Part shown: piece by piece, positions 31,250-42,910 of the stretch
Layout: each line of letters starts with the position of its first letter
Position numbering within the stretch: the first letter of the stretch is position 1
Origin: a virus
Taxonomy: Duplodnaviria; Caudoviricetes
Strand: one strand, 5' to 3'
DNA: 64,000 nt
IMG/VR virus record: IMGVR_UViG_3300021181_000004
Notes under the pieces: generated by a model
Databases searched by the model: none
Told to the model about the DNA's origin: nothing
What the model saw: the letters and a program-made list of their open reading frames with translations, nothing else
Position numbers and translations under genes: made by a program

Positions 31250-31793
31250 TGGTGTCCTCTTTGTGAATTGGCTCAGTGCCGATAGCGGTCATAATTTTGA
31301 TGCCGGGGCCATAAGCCTCCTCGTTGTCGTCTTCAAACTCATGAACCGCGATTCCGGCCTTGCGGAGCAAGTGATTCACGTGAATGAGTTCGTAGCTGTC
31401 ACGGGTTGCAAGGATAATGCGTGTCATCGGTTTGGGCAAGCTAAACCAAAATTCAGCGAATTTCGGCTTGGGTGTGGTTAAGAGCAATTCGTCATCCTCA
31501 CAGGTGTGCTGGTAGATATACTTTTTGAGCATCATCGTAGTCGTGATGTCTACCACGTGGCCAACCTGAGCCGCAATACGTCCACTGGGTTGAATAATCG
31601 TGTGAGTTTCACCGGGTATCGGGACAACGTACTCGCCATTGGTGTAGAAGTCATGGCGCAGCGGCGTCTGAACCGTTAGAGCCACGATGATGTAGCAGCG
31701 GAAGTCGTCAGGAAAATCGATTTGTGGCTTGTTTCTCATATCAGGGTTGCTTCCCAATCGTGCAATCGCTTCTCCCATGTCCCTATCCACCAC
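31188..31793 (-). CDS. Peptidyl-tRNA hydrolase, PTH2 family
   Basis: GRIAAQVGHV motif, TRIILAT, FEDD...TAIGTEP...YLPLW. Confidence 0.75.
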   Translation of the reverse strand: MVDRDMGEAIARLGSNPDMRNKPQIDFPDDFRCYIIVALTVQTPLRHDFYTNGEYVVPIPGETHTIIQPSGRIAAQVGHVVDITTTMMLKKYIYQHTCEDDELLLTTPKPKFAEFWFSLPKPMTRIILATRDSYELIHVNHLLRKAGIAVHEFEDDNEEAYGPGIKIMTAIGTEPIHKEDTIGLIDYLPLWTPDKSDRPCL

Positions 31794-32200
31794 TCAGGTG
31801 TCCTATGGAGATATTCGCGGTTATGTTCGATTATCTCAGCGATCATCTCTTTGAACGCCTTTTTCAATTCGCACTCCGCGTAGACTCGGCGCTTCACGTC
31901 GTCAGGAACACAAGTGTTCGCGTCAGTCTTTTCCACCTGCCTAGTACGCTTCTGTTTTGGTATGTCATGAAAGCCTGGGCGATTCCAAAATTCTTCGGCG
32001 TAGCCCAGCATTTCATTGAATCCGTGGATGCCTGTAATGAGGCCAGCAATCATTGCAGAAGTGGCGTTACCGTCGCAGCGAATATCCTTCACGGAACGAG
32101 TATCATCTGCCCAGATAATGATCACGTCTACGCCAAGGCGTTCGATACTTCGGTCACTGACTTTCCACTCTAGCCCTTTGATTTCCATGTCGAACTCCTA

Positions 32201-32239
32201 AGAAAAATCTGGACTGGTGAGTCGCGGTCACCAGTCCAG
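32201..32239 (-). terminator. Intrinsic terminator downstream of ku
   Basis: 12-bp CTGGACTGGTGA/TCACCAGTCCAG stem followed by ATTTTTCTT. Confidence 0.75.
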
Positions 32240-32367
32240 CCCGAAAGGAGAGTACTTGGAGGGAACGCTCGCATTCGGAAACTTTTAAGGGCGAAGCCCA
32301 TGGTAGATGGGAAAATGCTCTTCTCAGAATCTTTCCCACAAGCCTTTGGTACTTCGCTTCGCCCAAC

Positions 32368-33270
32368 TTATTTGCCAGCTGTCGCCTTTTTGCTAGCTGG
32401 AGCCGCTGCCAATGAAGCCTTCAGAGCCGCCATCAGATCCACCGTGGTACTGGGAACCGCAGCAACTTCCGGCGTCGGAACCGCAACGCCAGCCGACTTG
32501 GCTTCGAGCATCCGACGCACATTCTTCAGGAAACGATCTTCTGTGGCCGGAGTGAACTTTGCTTCGTACCGCTCAATCAGAGTGGCTGCGAGTTCGACTT
32601 CCTCGCCGCTGACCGCAACCGATTGCCACTTGTTGAACGACCGAACTTCATAGTCCGCGAACAAAAATGAGATCGCGATGCCATTTGCGCCGTAAGGCCG
32701 CGCCACGAACACCTGCTCGCGTCCACCCTTCACGCGGGTGCCCTTGGCAACCTTGCCAGTCTGCTTCATGCCGGCAAGCAACAGGGCAAAAGGCTTCTCG
32801 CCACCCTTGTCCGGCGCGATGAATTCGGTAGATTCATAGAAGACCGGATCGATTTCCATTGCGTCAATGAACTCAGTCAAGGTCATGTTCTCTTCCTTGG
32901 CTGGCTTTTGAGCGTCGATTTCGGTCTGGGTCACGGTGATGAACTTGTCGCCGACTTTGAAACCTTTTAGAATGTTCGCTTTCTCGACCGGAGTGTTGGT
33001 GGTCGGGTCGGTCATCGCGCCCTGTTTCAACTGCACGATGGTGCCGTCAGCGTGCTTGACAACCTGATTGAAGCTGACGGTGTCAGCATCGGTTGCCTTG
33101 TAAGTCTTGACAGGGAATGTCATAAGAGAGAAGGCAGTCAAAGTACCAACAAATGTGGATGTCTTCGCTTCTTTGCGAACCGGGGTCAGGTCAATGGTTG
33201 GGTTGGCAACTACCGCCGCCAACGCTGCGCTCGCATCTGCTACCTTGTCGGCTTTGCTTTGTTTGCTCAT
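32368..33270 (-). CDS. ku: Ku DNA end-binding protein (NHEJ type)
   Basis: FSLMTFPVKTYKAT, IDPVFYESTEFIAPD...KPFALL, EEVELAATLI, VDLMAALKASL. Confidence 0.9.
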   Translation of the reverse strand: MSKQSKADKVADASAALAAVVANPTIDLTPVRKEAKTSTFVGTLTAFSLMTFPVKTYKATDADTVSFNQVVKHADGTIVQLKQGAMTDPTTNTPVEKANILKGFKVGDKFITVTQTEIDAQKPAKEENMTLTEFIDAMEIDPVFYESTEFIAPDKGGEKPFALLLAGMKQTGKVAKGTRVKGGREQVFVARPYGANGIAISFLFADYEVRSFNKWQSVAVSGEEVELAATLIERYEAKFTPATEDRFLKNVRRMLEAKSAGVAVPTPEVAAVPSTTVDLMAALKASLAAAPASKKATAGK

Positions 33271-33275
33271 GTTAG

Positions 33276-33305
33276 AATCTACGGGACATCTCTATAAATC
33301 AGGTA
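33276..33305 (-). promoter_or_regulatory. Phage promoter motif TACCTGATT-N15-TAGATT; ku is probably leaderless
   Basis: ATG lies 5 nt after the -10 hexamer; no SD sequence. Confidence 0.75.
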
Positions 33306-33321
33306 CTGTTCAGAAAAAGAA

Positions 33322-33352
33322 ACGGCCAGCCGTTAGGATTTCGGCTGGCCGT
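33322..33352 (-). terminator. Intrinsic terminator after rIIB
   Basis: 11-bp ACGGCCAGCCG/CGGCTGGCCGT stem followed by TTCTTTTT. Confidence 0.8.
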
Positions 33353-33404
33353 ATGGAGCCGCTGGAGAGAAGACTTTGGAGGCGGCTCCTATCTGTTGGC
33401 GAAG

Positions 33405-34715
33405 TTAATCCTCGTCCTCATCCTCGCCGTACTCATCACCATACCCGTTGTCAACCCCGTACTCATCCTCATCTACAGTGTTGTAAGCCGGATTAGGATA
33501 CCATACCCCAGTAGAATCTCCGGCTGCTGACGCTGCCATCGTCCGGCAGATATATGGCTTGCTCGGTTGAGGGAAAGACAGACCAGCATGCTGACCTGTT
33601 AGGTTCTGAATCGCCTGCAAGAAGTTGTCAATCGACTCTTGCTTCGGGTTCGGAGCGTGTTCAGCCGCCCAGACCGCCTTGGGAGTCATGCCCAATTCCT
33701 TAGCGATATCCTTAAGTTCGACACCAGCCGCTTCGCGGAACTGCTTCAAAGGATTCTTGAGCAACACCGTAGTCGGCTTGTAGTCGACGACTTCCAGGTT
33801 AGGCAGCTTGGCCGCCATCTTCTGGAGACGTCCCAGGGTCTGCTTCACAATCGTGCTCTTCTTGATCTTACCCTTGCGAATCTGGTACTTGGTGCGCGGG
33901 TGAGATAAGACGAACTTCAGAATCGCGTTGCGTTCCTTGGCGACGTTGACTACCACCTGCACCATCTCCGGGTGATCCTGCAATTCCTGAGCCGACTCAA
34001 TGGTGAACAGTTCCTTCACCACTTCGTAGAACCAGGTACGACCCTTTAGCGTGTTCTTGTACTCAGGGATGGCCACAACGTCACGCGGATTGATTTTGAT
34101 CATAACCACGCGATTTCCCTGAGAACCAAATCCGCCCTTTATGTAGTCCAGAGCCGCAAAGTGGAAACCGCTTGAGCAAGCCACGCGGGTGCTCTTGTCC
34201 ACGTTCTTACGGGGCATGGCTGGGGTTTCGCCAGGTTCATTGTTTACTGTACCAGTGTGACAATCCGTATAGTCAGACTTGATGCACTTGTAGGCCAGGA
34301 AGCATCCATCGTCGGTAATGGGCATGTTGGAGATTTCCAGGAATTCCAGTATTTCCGGGATCGTCTTCGGATCGGGATTCTGGTACAGGTTGTTGGAGAA
34401 CTTGAGCAGGCTGGGCAAATCCTTCGTTTCGCCCCGACGGAGCATTTCCTGCATCTTGGTAGCCAGGTATCCTTCCATCTTGACACCCTTGTAGTAAGGA
34501 ATGCCACGCTCAATGGTGACTTTGCCATGAGTCTGGTAACCAAGCTGCTTCGCCAAATTGATCAGGTGGGGAACACGTGCCCACTGCTTGCGTTCCAATG
34601 CACGCTTCATCGCGGGGAAGGTCTGGTGAGATGCTTCCAGCGCGTAAGCGCCAACTCCAGGCAGAATGACGTGGACGAAATTATCACCCATCGTGTACTT
34701 CACTGCTTGTGCCAT
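33405..34715 (-). CDS. rIIB: rIIB-like protein with a C-terminal XRE-type HTH
   Basis: ITDDGCFLAYK...DCHTGT...CSSGFH...KINPRDVVAIP; LKQFREAAGVELKDIAKELG. Confidence 0.85.
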   Translation of the reverse strand: MAQAVKYTMGDNFVHVILPGVGAYALEASHQTFPAMKRALERKQWARVPHLINLAKQLGYQTHGKVTIERGIPYYKGVKMEGYLATKMQEMLRRGETKDLPSLLKFSNNLYQNPDPKTIPEILEFLEISNMPITDDGCFLAYKCIKSDYTDCHTGTVNNEPGETPAMPRKNVDKSTRVACSSGFHFAALDYIKGGFGSQGNRVVMIKINPRDVVAIPEYKNTLKGRTWFYEVVKELFTIESAQELQDHPEMVQVVVNVAKERNAILKFVLSHPRTKYQIRKGKIKKSTIVKQTLGRLQKMAAKLPNLEVVDYKPTTVLLKNPLKQFREAAGVELKDIAKELGMTPKAVWAAEHAPNPKQESIDNFLQAIQNLTGQHAGLSFPQPSKPYICRTMAASAAGDSTGVWYPNPAYNTVDEDEYGVDNGYGDEYGEDEDED

Positions 34716-34729
34716 ATGCTTCTCTCCTT

Positions 34730-37195
34730 TTAGTTTCCAGCTACAGCCGCCGTTGCCGACTGGCTGCTTGCTTTACGAGACGCATCCATAGTCCGGAGGT
34801 AATCCAGCAGGATGTTCTCCTTCTCAATACTACGATCGTAACTATAGTTTCGGCTAATCAGGCTCAGCATCGGATAAAGAATACTGACCTTTTCCCACTC
34901 TTCGTTATAGTCGATCATATTGGCTGGAGTGTATTTTCCACGCTCTTCTGCGAGTTGGAGAACTTCCACTAGAGCCTTGAGTTCATCGTCATCGTCAGCT
35001 TTCTGGGCTATCGCCAATTCCTCGCAAAAGGTCTGGAATGGACTATCTGCTGCCAGGGGTTTGTCGATCGCAATACGCTCTAACGTTTCGTCAAACTCAG
35101 AACCGGAATCCCAATCATGATAGAGGATGCTGAGTTCCTTTGCTTGTGCTGGAGTCATAACTTTCTTGATCTGACCCATAACGTAAGGTACGAAACTGAC
35201 CCATTCCTGTTTCTTGGCGCGCAACTTGTGTTCTTTCTTCAGACCGTAGATAGGCGTCTTAGCTGTGATGCCTGCGAATTTGCCACTCTTTTTAACGTTC
35301 TGAACAAATTCAGTTAAATCATGACCACCTGTTTCAGTATCGAACTCATCTTCGGTTGCGGCCAGATTCTCTACAGGAATATAGAACTTCCGGCCTGCAG
35401 GTTGTGTATCGCTACGAACCCATGCTTTAGTCCACCCTTTTACCGAATAACTTCCTGCACCCGTAGACGAAACAACTTTGTCGACTAAGACGAGTATGTC
35501 ACGAGCCGGGGCCAAAGCTGTTGGAGCTTTGCGTGCATCAAGAATGTGAGCATAACGTGTCTTTAACTCGCTGAGGCGGATGCAAGGTGGGTTGCCCAGC
35601 TTCACCATCATGTCTTCTGCCTCTCGAACCGCTGCAATTACTTCTACATCTTTGTTAGCGCGGCTGAACAAGAAGACGGTCTTGACCTTGGATTGAGTCC
35701 GCTCCCCCGTTTCACTGATTACTTCTTCGTTATCTGCTGCTTCTTGCAGGAAGTAGTGAATGTATTTTTCCGCACCAATTTTTACGTCATTGATGACCAT
35801 TAATACGTTGGGTTGAACCGGAAATGCTACATCAAAGTCTTCACGAGTGTGCACATTGGTCTGAACTTCATGGAACATTTCCAGACGTTTATCACCACGA
35901 CAAAAGGTGTGCTCTTTCTTGGCATACTGACTTCCACGGTAATTATGTGAAAACTCTGCTACATGGACACTTTTCGCGTCGAGCTGATTGATAACCGGGT
36001 GTTTGTCGGCCAAAGTGAAGTTCTTGTAATTCTTGCAGAATTGTCCATTGTTGTGGGCGTCGTTGACCAATTTACCAATGCCGGGTGCATGGCTCAATTC
36101 GTAGATAAGAACACGAGCCTGCCATGGTTCTTTGCAGGAATCGACCTTCTTCTGAACTTCCTCTAGCATAGAGTTGTAGATGTTATCCAACATAGCAAGG
36201 ATGTTGGCAACGGTGGTTTCATCCAGTTGAAGTGTTTCACGGGAGGCTGCCACTGCCAGCTGACCAATCGGGAAGAAAATATCTAGGGGCAGAGAAGTGA
36301 TGCTCTGCTGTTTTTCTGTCAATTTGGAGATGTCAATATTGCCAACCGTATACTGAACCTTGCCTTGGATGGCTCGTAGACCAGTATTCCCGCTTCCTCC
36401 AGATCGCATTCCCCAAGTTTCGGTGCGGATCGTATAGGTCGGAATCGGGATATCCAGGTCAATGTTAAGAATCGGGCGAGGCACGAAGAACTCCAGTGCC
36501 ATCTTGGCCTTGTTCTCGAATTCCCAGATATCGTTCTTCTTGACCGGGAAGGTCACTTCCAAACCGTTAACAGCATCCGGGGTCGCGGTGCTATCCATAG
36601 AATTTACTTGAGGCTTCCCTTCCTCGTTGATGAAGGCACTGTAGATGGTCGTAACACCATCATAGCGATTGATGATAGTGAAGCCCTCACAGTAGCAGAA
36701 GGGTGATTTTGAACCCACTCCAAAATATCCTATGGTTTCGTTGGAATCCCCTTTGTTTGAGTTCCCGTAGGTGCAGTACAAATCCACCACTTCGTCGATG
36801 ATTTTGACAATCTGACCCTTTTTCAGTTCTTGTTGAGGTTGCTTCTTGCCAATTCGCTTCTCGCCAAATTGTTTGCCGTAAGGAGTTTCGATCATTTCGA
36901 TCTCGTAGACGTATTCCGCAGCAGGGTTTAATCCAGTCCCGAAATCCTTAATGCTAAAGGTGGGTTCAAAATCTGTTGGAAGGTGAATTTCAAAGGGTAC
37001 TTCGGTTTTACCCGCCATAGCATGGGAATCCCAAGCATTGCAGGAAAGCTCGCGGATGATTGCGCGAATTTTATCGCTGTACAACGCATTAGAAAGGAGC
37101 GAAAACATCTCTGCAGTTGCTCTAATGGAGATGTTTTGCGGCCCAGTTTGTGCACCAGAAACCCTGACAGCGTTTCCTTTATGTTGCATCTTCAT
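34730..37195 (-). CDS. rIIA: rIIA-like protein (N-terminal GHKL ATPase)
   Basis: LYSDKIRAIIRELSCNAWDSH, IKDFGTGL, GYFGVGSKSPF; adjacent to rIIB. Confidence 0.88.
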   Translation of the reverse strand: MKMQHKGNAVRVSGAQTGPQNISIRATAEMFSLLSNALYSDKIRAIIRELSCNAWDSHAMAGKTEVPFEIHLPTDFEPTFSIKDFGTGLNPAAEYVYEIEMIETPYGKQFGEKRIGKKQPQQELKKGQIVKIIDEVVDLYCTYGNSNKGDSNETIGYFGVGSKSPFCYCEGFTIINRYDGVTTIYSAFINEEGKPQVNSMDSTATPDAVNGLEVTFPVKKNDIWEFENKAKMALEFFVPRPILNIDLDIPIPTYTIRTETWGMRSGGSGNTGLRAIQGKVQYTVGNIDISKLTEKQQSITSLPLDIFFPIGQLAVAASRETLQLDETTVANILAMLDNIYNSMLEEVQKKVDSCKEPWQARVLIYELSHAPGIGKLVNDAHNNGQFCKNYKNFTLADKHPVINQLDAKSVHVAEFSHNYRGSQYAKKEHTFCRGDKRLEMFHEVQTNVHTREDFDVAFPVQPNVLMVINDVKIGAEKYIHYFLQEAADNEEVISETGERTQSKVKTVFLFSRANKDVEVIAAVREAEDMMVKLGNPPCIRLSELKTRYAHILDARKAPTALAPARDILVLVDKVVSSTGAGSYSVKGWTKAWVRSDTQPAGRKFYIPVENLAATEDEFDTETGGHDLTEFVQNVKKSGKFAGITAKTPIYGLKKEHKLRAKKQEWVSFVPYVMGQIKKVMTPAQAKELSILYHDWDSGSEFDETLERIAIDKPLAADSPFQTFCEELAIAQKADDDDELKALVEVLQLAEERGKYTPANMIDYNEEWEKVSILYPMLSLISRNYSYDRSIEKENILLDYLRTMDASRKASSQSATAAVAGN

Positions 37196-37225
37196 GTGGT
37201 TTGTCCTCTCTCCAGTTACAATCTA

Positions 37226-37987
37226 CTAGAAAGGATCAGAAATCGGGTAATCGGCTGTTTCTATAGGAATGGCTTCTCCGTAGCGACCCGACACTTCTAT
37301 ATGTAAGCAGAATTGATGATATTCTTCTTCAACAATTACCCAGCTACGAGCGTGGTAATAGAGAAGTCGCCATTCTATCCATTTTACTTCTGCTTTAGTC
37401 ATGCGTTTACGCGCAAGGTCTATGGTAAGCCCAGCCAAGTGGGACGAAGCCGACTCTCCTTCATAGGGTGCCGCATTTCTATTCCATTTTCGTAGCTTCT
37501 TCTGTACTTCCACAGTACGAACGGCACTATCGACCATAAGCGGCTCATGAAATTTAGTGTAGAAATCGTAACTCAAATCGGTTAGAAACTGAGCTGTCCA
37601 TGGGCGACAATAACGCCGCTGGGGATCGAGGCGGGGGTCAACAATAAGAGCAGAAGAAAGAGGTAATGGCACAAGTTCTTGGTTGGTTACAGCGATGAGG
37701 AGATCGTCGCTATTTTGATAACGAGGGAGGGCTAGGCGGTCGATCTCCTCATTTTGACGCAATAGTGATTCATGCGTAGGGGGGAACATTGGATGCCACC
37801 AAGGATGGCGTATTCTCTGGTACAGCGAACGCCGCATTGGGCGGTGTTTTGTTAAGGTTATAGCATTGATCGGGGTGCAGAAGCTAATTAACAAAACGAC
37901 TAGGAGACCCAGAGAAAAGTTTTTCAAGCTCTCTCCTCTCTGCCAATTCTGTGTCCAACCTTGTACGTTTTGTGACAACTGCTTCAT
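37226..37987 (-). CDS. DUF5715 / M15-like peptidase with an N-terminal TM; endolysin candidate
   Basis: SAVRTVEVQKKL...SSHLAGLTIDLA...HIEV (zinc-peptidase-like H/D/H). Confidence 0.7.
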   Translation of the reverse strand: MKQLSQNVQGWTQNWQRGESLKNFSLGLLVVLLISFCTPINAITLTKHRPMRRSLYQRIRHPWWHPMFPPTHESLLRQNEEIDRLALPRYQNSDDLLIAVTNQELVPLPLSSALIVDPRLDPQRRYCRPWTAQFLTDLSYDFYTKFHEPLMVDSAVRTVEVQKKLRKWNRNAAPYEGESASSHLAGLTIDLARKRMTKAEVKWIEWRLLYYHARSWVIVEEEYHQFCLHIEVSGRYGEAIPIETADYPISDPF

Positions 37988-38089
37988 GACCCGGATGTAT
38001 ACGAAGTATACGAATAAATCCGAATACTGAGAAGCTAAATATCCCGCGCTCCTCTATCGTTCTGCTAATGCCGATTTTTGCGTATCGTT

Positions 38090-39222
38090 TCATCCTCCCC
38101 AATCTCCACGGCGTCTATAGGCTGCCAGCCGTACTTTATGTTCTGCAAACAATGGCTCATCCGCCTTTTCATCCTTTTTGATGACCTCCAGCATATGGAT
38201 TAAGTCATCTCCAAGCTGCGTCTTAGTTATGTCACCACGATCGTAGGCTGCCACGGATGCTGTTAATTGTTTGCGTACAAAACTATAGCGATGCTTCACG
38301 TTCAGCGCGTCGGCAACGAGTTGGTACAATTCTTCACGATCGTAGCTAGAATCATCGCGTAATACCGGAGGCCAAGGAGCTCTGCCTACTTGGCAAAGCG
38401 AATTTCCATAGCCGTAGAAACGCAGGGGTTGTGGTTTCTCTGACTTAGTCTTTGTAGGTTGAGGTTTGGGCTTATTCCAGAATTTAAAGTTCATGCCGTT
38501 TTCCTTACTGTGAGAGTTTTTTGAATTGCGAGTGGTATTCTACGCAAATCAACGGCCCGAAGTACGCGATAGCTAGAATGGGCTGCTTTACTTCTCAAGG
38601 ACCAAATTTCTCTTTTGAGAGGATTGTCTATTCGAATGTTATCATTGCCTAGCATGAATGAATGTGCTCCAGGCTTAATAATGATAACTTTTCTCATGTT
38701 GGAATCTACGGCTAGATATTAGGATTCGGCTACGTTGGGAGGAATAATGTCTTCTACTACTGTACCCCAGCGTTCCAAAGTCCCTCTAAACCCCATGGCT
38801 TGAGCTTGTTCAAAGGATTGTCGGAGCAGCCCATTCCAAATATCTGTATGCGGAACACGAAACAACATCGCGTCAATCATTCGGAGACGAGGGAGTTTTG
38901 GATTTTTAGGATCAGTGTTTTCAACCTGACGATGGACGCCCTCTCGGAAGGTGTTCTGAGCAAGGTGGATGAGACCTGAGATGTTGCCTATGTTGGGTAC
39001 GGGTGCATCAGGCGGGAGAGGAGAACCAAGAACTATACCTTCTTCTGCTAGTTTTTCAACCGTAAATTCTGGGTTCATGATTGGCTCACCGCAATCGATA
39101 CACTTGCTATTTTCTGCGATCATGCAAGGACATTTGTCTTCCATAATAGAGGTTTCTCTATTACTGGAAAGGTTGCCAACCCGCGTCGAGTTGGGGATTG
39201 CTGTCGTAAAGAACTCGTTCAT
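38090..39222 (-). CDS. Three small hypothetical genes (38090-38494, 38491-38697, 38719-39222)
   Basis: Co-oriented ORFs; 38697 is leaderless behind a promoter motif. Confidence 0.55.
38703..38732 (-). promoter_or_regulatory. Phage promoter motif TAGCCGAAT-N15-TAGATT; leaderless gene at 38697
   Basis: ATG lies 5 nt after the -10 hexamer. Confidence 0.75.
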
Positions 39223-39262
39223 AGTGGCCTCCTTTTAGTCATAGTTCATGGTGTATATTACT

Positions 39263-40243
39263 TCACATGACGTCTACTTCTTCCATTAGAACCATGTCTT
39301 CTGCGATATCACGAGTGAATTCGTTTCCGTAGCGAGTGGAAGATCGGAACTCGAGTTCTGTCATGAGTGCATTCAGTGCGTCCTGGTCAGGTGGATGCAT
39401 CTTCATGTCTTCTATATTCCATTCAAGAGGAGCGCACTTGTCCAAGGTCACTAGCTTCTTGCTCAATCGCACAACGGCTTCGTTCAGCCGAAGGGACTCT
39501 CGGTAGCTGGTCTTTTTTATTTCGTCGAGCTTTTTGTACAACTCATCAATGTCGCCGTACATCTGAATCAGATCTACACTGCCTTTATCACCAATTCCCG
39601 GGGCACCGGGGACGTTGTCGCTTGTGTCACCCCGTAGAGCCATCATGTCCGTGATCTGCTCTGGAAGGACACCTACGCGGTCTAAAACACCATGCGAAGT
39701 AAAGACTCCTTTATCCGGGTTCATGACATAGACATTTGACGTTACTAACTGGAACATGTCTTTGTCATGGGTGAGAACAGTGACTTGTCGATTGGGGTCT
39801 TGTTCCACTACGATACGAGCGAGGGTTCCTAGGAGATCGTCGGCTTCATAACCTTCCAATTTGCAAACTGGAATCCCGTAAGCGTCGAAGAGACGATAGA
39901 TGTAGGGAACTTGCACTAGGAAATCTTGGGTGTGCTCATCTCGGCCTGCTTTATAGCCCAGGTAAGGGATGGTCTCAACCCCTTTCTTGGTCCATCTTTT
40001 GATATCGGGCATACCCGCCGCGAGTGCATCTTGCCAGGTAGGTCCTTGAACGTCACAACAGGCGACTAGATATTCAGGAGCCAGTCCTGAATAGAGTTTT
40101 TGGAGCATCTTATTGAAGAAATAGATTGCCCCGGTGGGCAACCCGGCCTTGGTTTGCATAGGAGGGCGGCCCGGTACAACAGAGCCGTGGTACGCACGAT
40201 GAATGAAAGACATCGCGTCTAAGAGATAGATGCGCTTGTTCAT
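39263..40243 (-). CDS. 5'-3' exonuclease / flap endonuclease (stand-alone PolA N-terminal domain)
   Basis: LLDAMSFIHRAYH, GYEADDLLGT, THDKDMFQL, GDTSDNVPGAPGIGDKG. Confidence 0.92.
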   Translation of the reverse strand: MNKRIYLLDAMSFIHRAYHGSVVPGRPPMQTKAGLPTGAIYFFNKMLQKLYSGLAPEYLVACCDVQGPTWQDALAAGMPDIKRWTKKGVETIPYLGYKAGRDEHTQDFLVQVPYIYRLFDAYGIPVCKLEGYEADDLLGTLARIVVEQDPNRQVTVLTHDKDMFQLVTSNVYVMNPDKGVFTSHGVLDRVGVLPEQITDMMALRGDTSDNVPGAPGIGDKGSVDLIQMYGDIDELYKKLDEIKKTSYRESLRLNEAVVRLSKKLVTLDKCAPLEWNIEDMKMHPPDQDALNALMTELEFRSSTRYGNEFTRDIAEDMVLMEEVDVM

Positions 40244-40249
40244 TGACTC

Positions 40250-42739
40250 CTAATAACCTGGGATGAAGATTCGGATGATGAAGGCGACTATTTCCAGGCA
40301 TACGAATGTTGAGCACCATCTTACCACAAAGTCTAAACCTGGCTCCAAATTGGGTGTTTTAGTGCGTCGTCTGTCGGCATATCTTGATAGACACATCATC
40401 CCACATACAAAGGCACTGACAATAAAATTTATCACCGAAATGACTGAAAAGTTTAGCATAGATCTGTACCATGAATGCGACGAAGGTTGACCAATTTGTG
40501 GAGATCAAATCCCAACTGACCCAAGATCTCAATGGTTGCACCCTCTGCAATGCCTCGCATGCCGTGTTCAAATGCTCCAGCTTCGGCACGGACACGCACT
40601 TCGGATTTGAGAGACAACGCCATGCGCATGGCGGTCATAATCTGATCACGAACCCAGACCTCACGGTCTGGCCCAGCTTCAGGTCGTGGTTCATGATTGT
40701 TCGCGTTGTTTAGATGACATTGTTGAGGAGCAGCACTCTTCATCTCGCAGCGAATGTGTGCCAGCTCGGGGGAAGGTTTGTTGAGCTTATCCAGTGCCAC
40801 CTGTAATTCTGGATCAACTGGTTTTACGTTGGCGAATATCTGTCTCACGGTTTCTCCTGCTGCGTCAGTGAGGATCTCGTTTTGATCAGTTTCGTAGATT
40901 GCTTGCTCATCAGACATAGAAACTCCTCTTTCATACTTTCGTAGGGCGACACTGCTTTCTTGCGTTCTTCTAACACGTAATTCGCGATAGCAGTGTCTGC
41001 TTCCTCTCGTGTAATAGCCAATGAGAAATACGCTCGTTCTACCGCTGCAATAAAACTTTCACTCATGCATTTCCTTTTGGTTTGATCTTAGAAAGTGAAC
41101 GTTCCCAAATCTCGTCTAACGTTTCATTATTTGAGATTGGCTCCAGCGTATTTGGATTCAATGTTGTTTCAGCCCCACGTATTGGAGAATCTTTTGAGTG
41201 ATACTCTTCTCCAAAAGCTTTCCGCGCAAGATCAAAGTACCCGGTGGTTGCAATTTTGTTCATAATCTGCGCGTACTCTTCTTCACCAATTTTGACTTCT
41301 GGCGTAGCAAAAACTGGGGCGAGAATTTCAGCTACTTCGAAAGAAATCTTACAAATGATTTCCCGACTTCCTGCCCCCAAATCTCTGTAAGCGTTTCGTT
41401 CCGCCTCCTGCCAGATAAGAAATAGATCCTTCTTGAGTGGGTTTTTAAACAGTTGAGCCTGAATGAGTTCTAATCGATAACCTGCCAGCCATTCTTCGTA
41501 AGAGGATGGATTCTCTCCCCACTCCTTCATCTGTTCTGTATAATCTGCATATCGCTTCTCAATTGTTCGTTCGTCTTCAGGCACAGCATCAGTAATTTGG
41601 TTCACAGGCTTAACGGTCCCGGTTTTGAGCCCTTTCATGACTGCTTGTGCATTTTGAGTGGCGGTGGCTAATTGCGCTGCCAAACGTTCCTCAAAAGGAG
41701 TTTGGAAGCACTGGGTCACATATTGGAGCAAATTCGATACCAACTGGACTTTATCGTTGGGATAGTCAGATTGATAGACCATCTGGAGAAGTTTATCTGA
41801 CTCCATGTCGGTTAACCGGACTTCTCCTTTTGCTTTTTCAATTTCATTTAGGCACTTAGAAAAACCAATCTGTTGGAGAATCTTCGCTGCTGTAGCGCGA
41901 AGAGAAGCTCGATACGTTAGGGCTTTCTCCAAAAAATCAACCTCTAAACTAACTTTGTAGACTTCTGTGTTATCTTCATTTTGAGCAGTGGCGTCGTCCG
42001 CATCGATCGTAGTCCAATCATCTGCCTGAGCGGTTTCTGCATAGTCGGCAATCAGACCAGCTAGATCTGCTTTACTCAAATCATAGAGCCTAGCGCCCTC
42101 TTTGTTTACAAGTTTGTACCGTTGATTAAAATCATCTTTAGTGATATCATTCAAAAGTGCTTCAGCAGTTGAGTTTTGACCTTTCATACGGAAGTAGTTG
42201 GGCCATTCACGCTTGATCAAAGCCCAAATAACTTCATCTGATTGATCCTTCCAAATGCGTGGATCCCACTTATCAGCTGCGTTGCACAAGCAGATAATAC
42301 CTGGCCCTGGTTGGAACATGCATTGTTTCCAAGTCCGTTCAAGCCATTGACGTTCTGGGCATTTCGGTTCTGGGTGTTGAAGGAAACAATAGAAATTTCT
42401 ACCTTCGCCTAAAATCTCGCTATATTGTTCCAGATCGACGATAGAGGAGGAAAATTGACCGTTGCTACTGATGTACTGCTTACCAAGGTCAGCATCGCCG
42501 CCCAATCGTCCGCGTCTTCTCACGATAAATTTAGCTTCTAAAGCTGCAAAACGCGGATCATGGACAAGAGACCAGGTTGGGCCGAGACTTTCAACCAGCC
42601 CTCGAGGGCCGAAGACTACTTGATCGATCAATCGGCTGTGTTCAAATTCCTCTCGGCTGACATCGCCTTCCTCAAAACGGAAGATACGTTTTTCGTCTCC
42701 AAGGATACCCAATGCGCGTTGTAAAGCGTTGTCAATCAC
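40250..42739 (-). CDS. Hypothetical genes 40250-40459, 40453-40917, 40845-41066 and 41063-42739 (558 aa)
   Basis: Packed co-oriented ORFs; no domain recognised. Confidence 0.55.
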
Positions 42740-42910
42740 GTTTTAGTCCTTTAACCATCTTGCGTTCTACCAGGGCATCATAAGCAGCGATTATTGGAAA
42801 TTCTTCATCCCGCTGCTCAACCAAGTCCATGGCGTCCAATAGGAATTTCTCAACTTTAGTTAGTATGTCCTGTGGAGAATCCCCAACAGAGAGTTCATAT
42901 TGCATTTGCA

